Part shown: piece after piece, positions 61,957 to 64,000 of the stretch | Numbering within the stretch: the stretch's first letter is position 1 | Layout of the letters: each line of letters begins with the position of its first letter | NCBI GenBank assembly: GCA_016214885.1 | Contig: JACRMP010000005.1 | Coordinates: forward strand, 134,725-198,724 | Source of the DNA: Candidatus Gottesmanbacteria bacterium | Lineage (GTDB): Bacteria; Patescibacteriota; Microgenomatia; UBA10105; UBA927 | Length of the DNA: 64,000 nucleotides | Direction of reading: 5' to 3' | Translations under genes and position numbers: made by a program | The notes under the pieces: model-generated | What the model was told of the DNA's origin: nothing | Database searches by the model: none | The model's input: only the letters and a program-made list of their open reading frames with translations

Positions 61957-64000
61957 ATGTTGACTGCTGAGGTTCATACACCAGACAAGAGCATACATGA
62001 CGCGTTATTAATCGACGCTCGACGCCCCAAGTTAGTCGAAACCCTCCCCTTCTGGATGAGCCGTGAATCCCGTGTCCGAGTTGGTGATAATTTTATTGAC
62101 CTCGACGAAACACGCCTCCCCCGTCTTGAGGGGGTCATGGGAGCAGTGCACCTTCTCCGTAAGGGTCAGGCTGAATTTAAGCATGAGGCAATAGCCCCCG
62201 CGAATACTCCTGCAAATAAAGAGCAATCAGGCGCACTATTGGCAGTAAAAGCTATTCTTGAGATGGCCGGGTTATACGGCGGTGCTCAGGCAATGAAGAA
62301 AGGCCGCGGCAAAAACGGTTTATTATTTCTTGGAGGTCTAGGGTTAATGGCAGGAAGCGGAATAGGGCTTACCATGGATTTGTCCGGATGCGGCCCACAG
62401 GGCATAGAAACTCCCCCGGCTATGGTCACCGATATTCCTGCAACGGCAAAGCCCGTTGAGACCAGCACTCCCTCTCTAGGAAATGAGGTGCTTACAGGTA
62501 CTCCCTCGGCGGCTCCGGAAACACCGGCTCCCGTTGGGAGCGTGTATCCTTCTGAGGTTTCCAATATGACCGACCCTAAAGTGTATAGTTATGGCGGGGC
62601 TGAAGGCCGGGCGAATATGAATGAGTATACCCGCGCATTGTTTGATCGGTATATTGCGGAAATGGGTCCCGAGCGCGGAGGATTTTTGACTGGTGCGACC
62701 GTAGAAGAGCTTTATCGCTCGTTTGATAGTGGCTATGATTTCAAGCTGTACACGACCGATGCCGGTCTTGTGTGGCTTGTGCAGAGCAAATCAGACGGGA
62801 GCTTCTTGGTGCCAAAAAATCAGGATGGACAGGTGTTCCGGGATCTTCAGCTTTCCTATGATTATATGTTCCAGAATGGGACTGCTGTTTCGGTGGGAAC
62901 TGATAATTTCGATTTCCAGAAATTTTCGGCAAACCGCGTAGGATTTGTGGGCGCCTGGCCGGTGCTTGTGAGCGTTGATGCACAGAATGTGCCGGTGAGC
63001 TGGGTGAATATGGAGCAGGGAGGGGCAACCGCTCCTATTGTTTTGGCATCTGCTACCGAATTGCCAGAGGTGGCTGTCGCTACCGCAACACCGGATTCCG
63101 GAGTCAGTCTTGTATCTGGTACGGAAACCATTAGGGTGACTACCGACGTGATTCATTCTGAAGAAGTTACCAGCTTATCAATTGATGCCTCCAAAGCCCA
63201 AAAGGTGGGTGACGTTTGGGTGTACACCGACGCGTCGGGGAGATATTTGTGGAATGACGAACGGCAGGCGTGGGCCCCAGAATTTACCACGAGCATGGAT
63301 TATACCCACCCAGAGCTCGCGCCGTTCGTCCCCATGGATGCCTATACGGATGGATCCGCTGCATTGTCCGCGCAGTTATATATGGCAGAACACCCGGGGC
63401 TAATTGAAGCAGACGCTTCCTATCCACATTATATGGTTAATGTTGAGAATAGCGAAGGTTATCATATAAGTTTGATTCCGGTAAACAGAAACGCATTTCC
63501 TGCCGATAAAATCACTACTTTAACCGCAAATACAAATAAACCATTTGAATACCTCGGACTTCAGCAAACAACCGATTCTGCAGGGCACGTTATTTACGTT
63601 GTTGTGAAAGAAAACTGGAATCCTGTTCCCGGAAATGAGAGTCAGACGCTCCCGACGTTCCATGGTTTTGATAAAGCAGCGTATAACGAGTGGATCAAGT
63701 ATCCATTAATACTGAAATTCCTTACAAATGACACGAATCCTTTTGGACAGTTATTGCCTATTTTCCCTGCTCCTCCGGGCAGCTACGCCGAACCGGCTGA
63801 AACCTATGCCTACTGGAGCCAACCTGCAAATCCCCATGTTCGTGCACTGAATGGTCAGAATTCGATAACTATTTTTCCTGCAGATATACAAGCCGCTATC
63901 AAAGCAATGTATGCAAAGGTCGGGGAAAATTATGATCCTGTCACCAACCCCAAAAGTATTTCCTTGTCCCAGCTTCCTGAAGGGCTTTCGCGGATGATTC
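61957..64000 (+). CDS. Large hypothetical protein with internal lipoprotein-like signal (3'-truncated)
   Basis: Not in ORF track. Open from ATG 61957 to the window end (>680 codons); residues 113-145 are MKKGRGKNGLLFLGGLGLMAGSGIGLTMDLSGC, followed by a Pro/Thr-rich linker. Confidence 0.82.
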   Translation, partial: MLTAEVHTPDKSIHDALLIDARRPKLVETLPFWMSRESRVRVGDNFIDLDETRLPRLEGVMGAVHLLRKGQAEFKHEAIAPANTPANKEQSGALLAVKAILEMAGLYGGAQAMKKGRGKNGLLFLGGLGLMAGSGIGLTMDLSGCGPQGIETPPAMVTDIPATAKPVETSTPSLGNEVLTGTPSAAPETPAPVGSVYPSEVSNMTDPKVYSYGGAEGRANMNEYTRALFDRYIAEMGPERGGFLTGATVEELYRSFDSGYDFKLYTTDAGLVWLVQSKSDGSFLVPKNQDGQVFRDLQLSYDYMFQNGTAVSVGTDNFDFQKFSANRVGFVGAWPVLVSVDAQNVPVSWVNMEQGGATAPIVLASATELPEVAVATATPDSGVSLVSGTETIRVTTDVIHSEEVTSLSIDASKAQKVGDVWVYTDASGRYLWNDERQAWAPEFTTSMDYTHPELAPFVPMDAYTDGSAALSAQLYMAEHPGLIEADASYPHYMVNVENSEGYHISLIPVNRNAFPADKITTLTANTNKPFEYLGLQQTTDSAGHVIYVVVKENWNPVPGNESQTLPTFHGFDKAAYNEWIKYPLILKFLTNDTNPFGQLLPIFPAPPGSYAEPAETYAYWSQPANPHVRALNGQNSITIFPADIQAAIKAMYAKVGENYDPVTNPKSISLSQLPEGLSRMI

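Noticed and set aside
62032-63403. Short ORFs listed in the track near the right end
   Set aside because: They are out-of-frame or antisense to the single long ORF starting at 61957, which the track missed because it has no stop in the window.

Overview
Chromosomal window from a Patescibacteria (CPR) genome, most likely Microgenomates (inferred from gene content), centred on the replication origin. dnaA and dnaN lie on the minus strand at 31.3-34.0 kb, with perfect DnaA boxes and a B. subtilis-like DnaA-trio unwinding element between them. Left of oriC is a chromosomal T4SS-like locus with no relaxase in view: eight VirB2/TrbC-like pilins (one frameshifted), a VirB6-like protein, a VirD4-like ATPase, PrgI, a VirB4-like ATPase, M23 and SpoIID hydrolases, and an unknown 1205-aa protein. 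Nested between its two pilin blocks is a co-directional run of ECF sigma factor, small TM protein, Yip1-like protein, a mevalonate pathway with archaeal-type upper enzymes, and uppS. Right of oriC is a ~27.6 kb surface-glycan locus: two O-antigen-ligase-like proteins, GT4/GT2/GT-C enzymes, Wzx and Wzm/Wzt, an SxtI/J/K-like carbamoyltransferase module, FdtA/FdtB, three SGNH proteins and two radical SAM enzymes. Three real genes are missing from the ORF track (two edge-truncated, one 47-aa). Many operon-first genes look leaderless. I saw no rRNA, tRNA, CRISPR array or IS element. All family assignments come from motif recognition by eye, not database searches.
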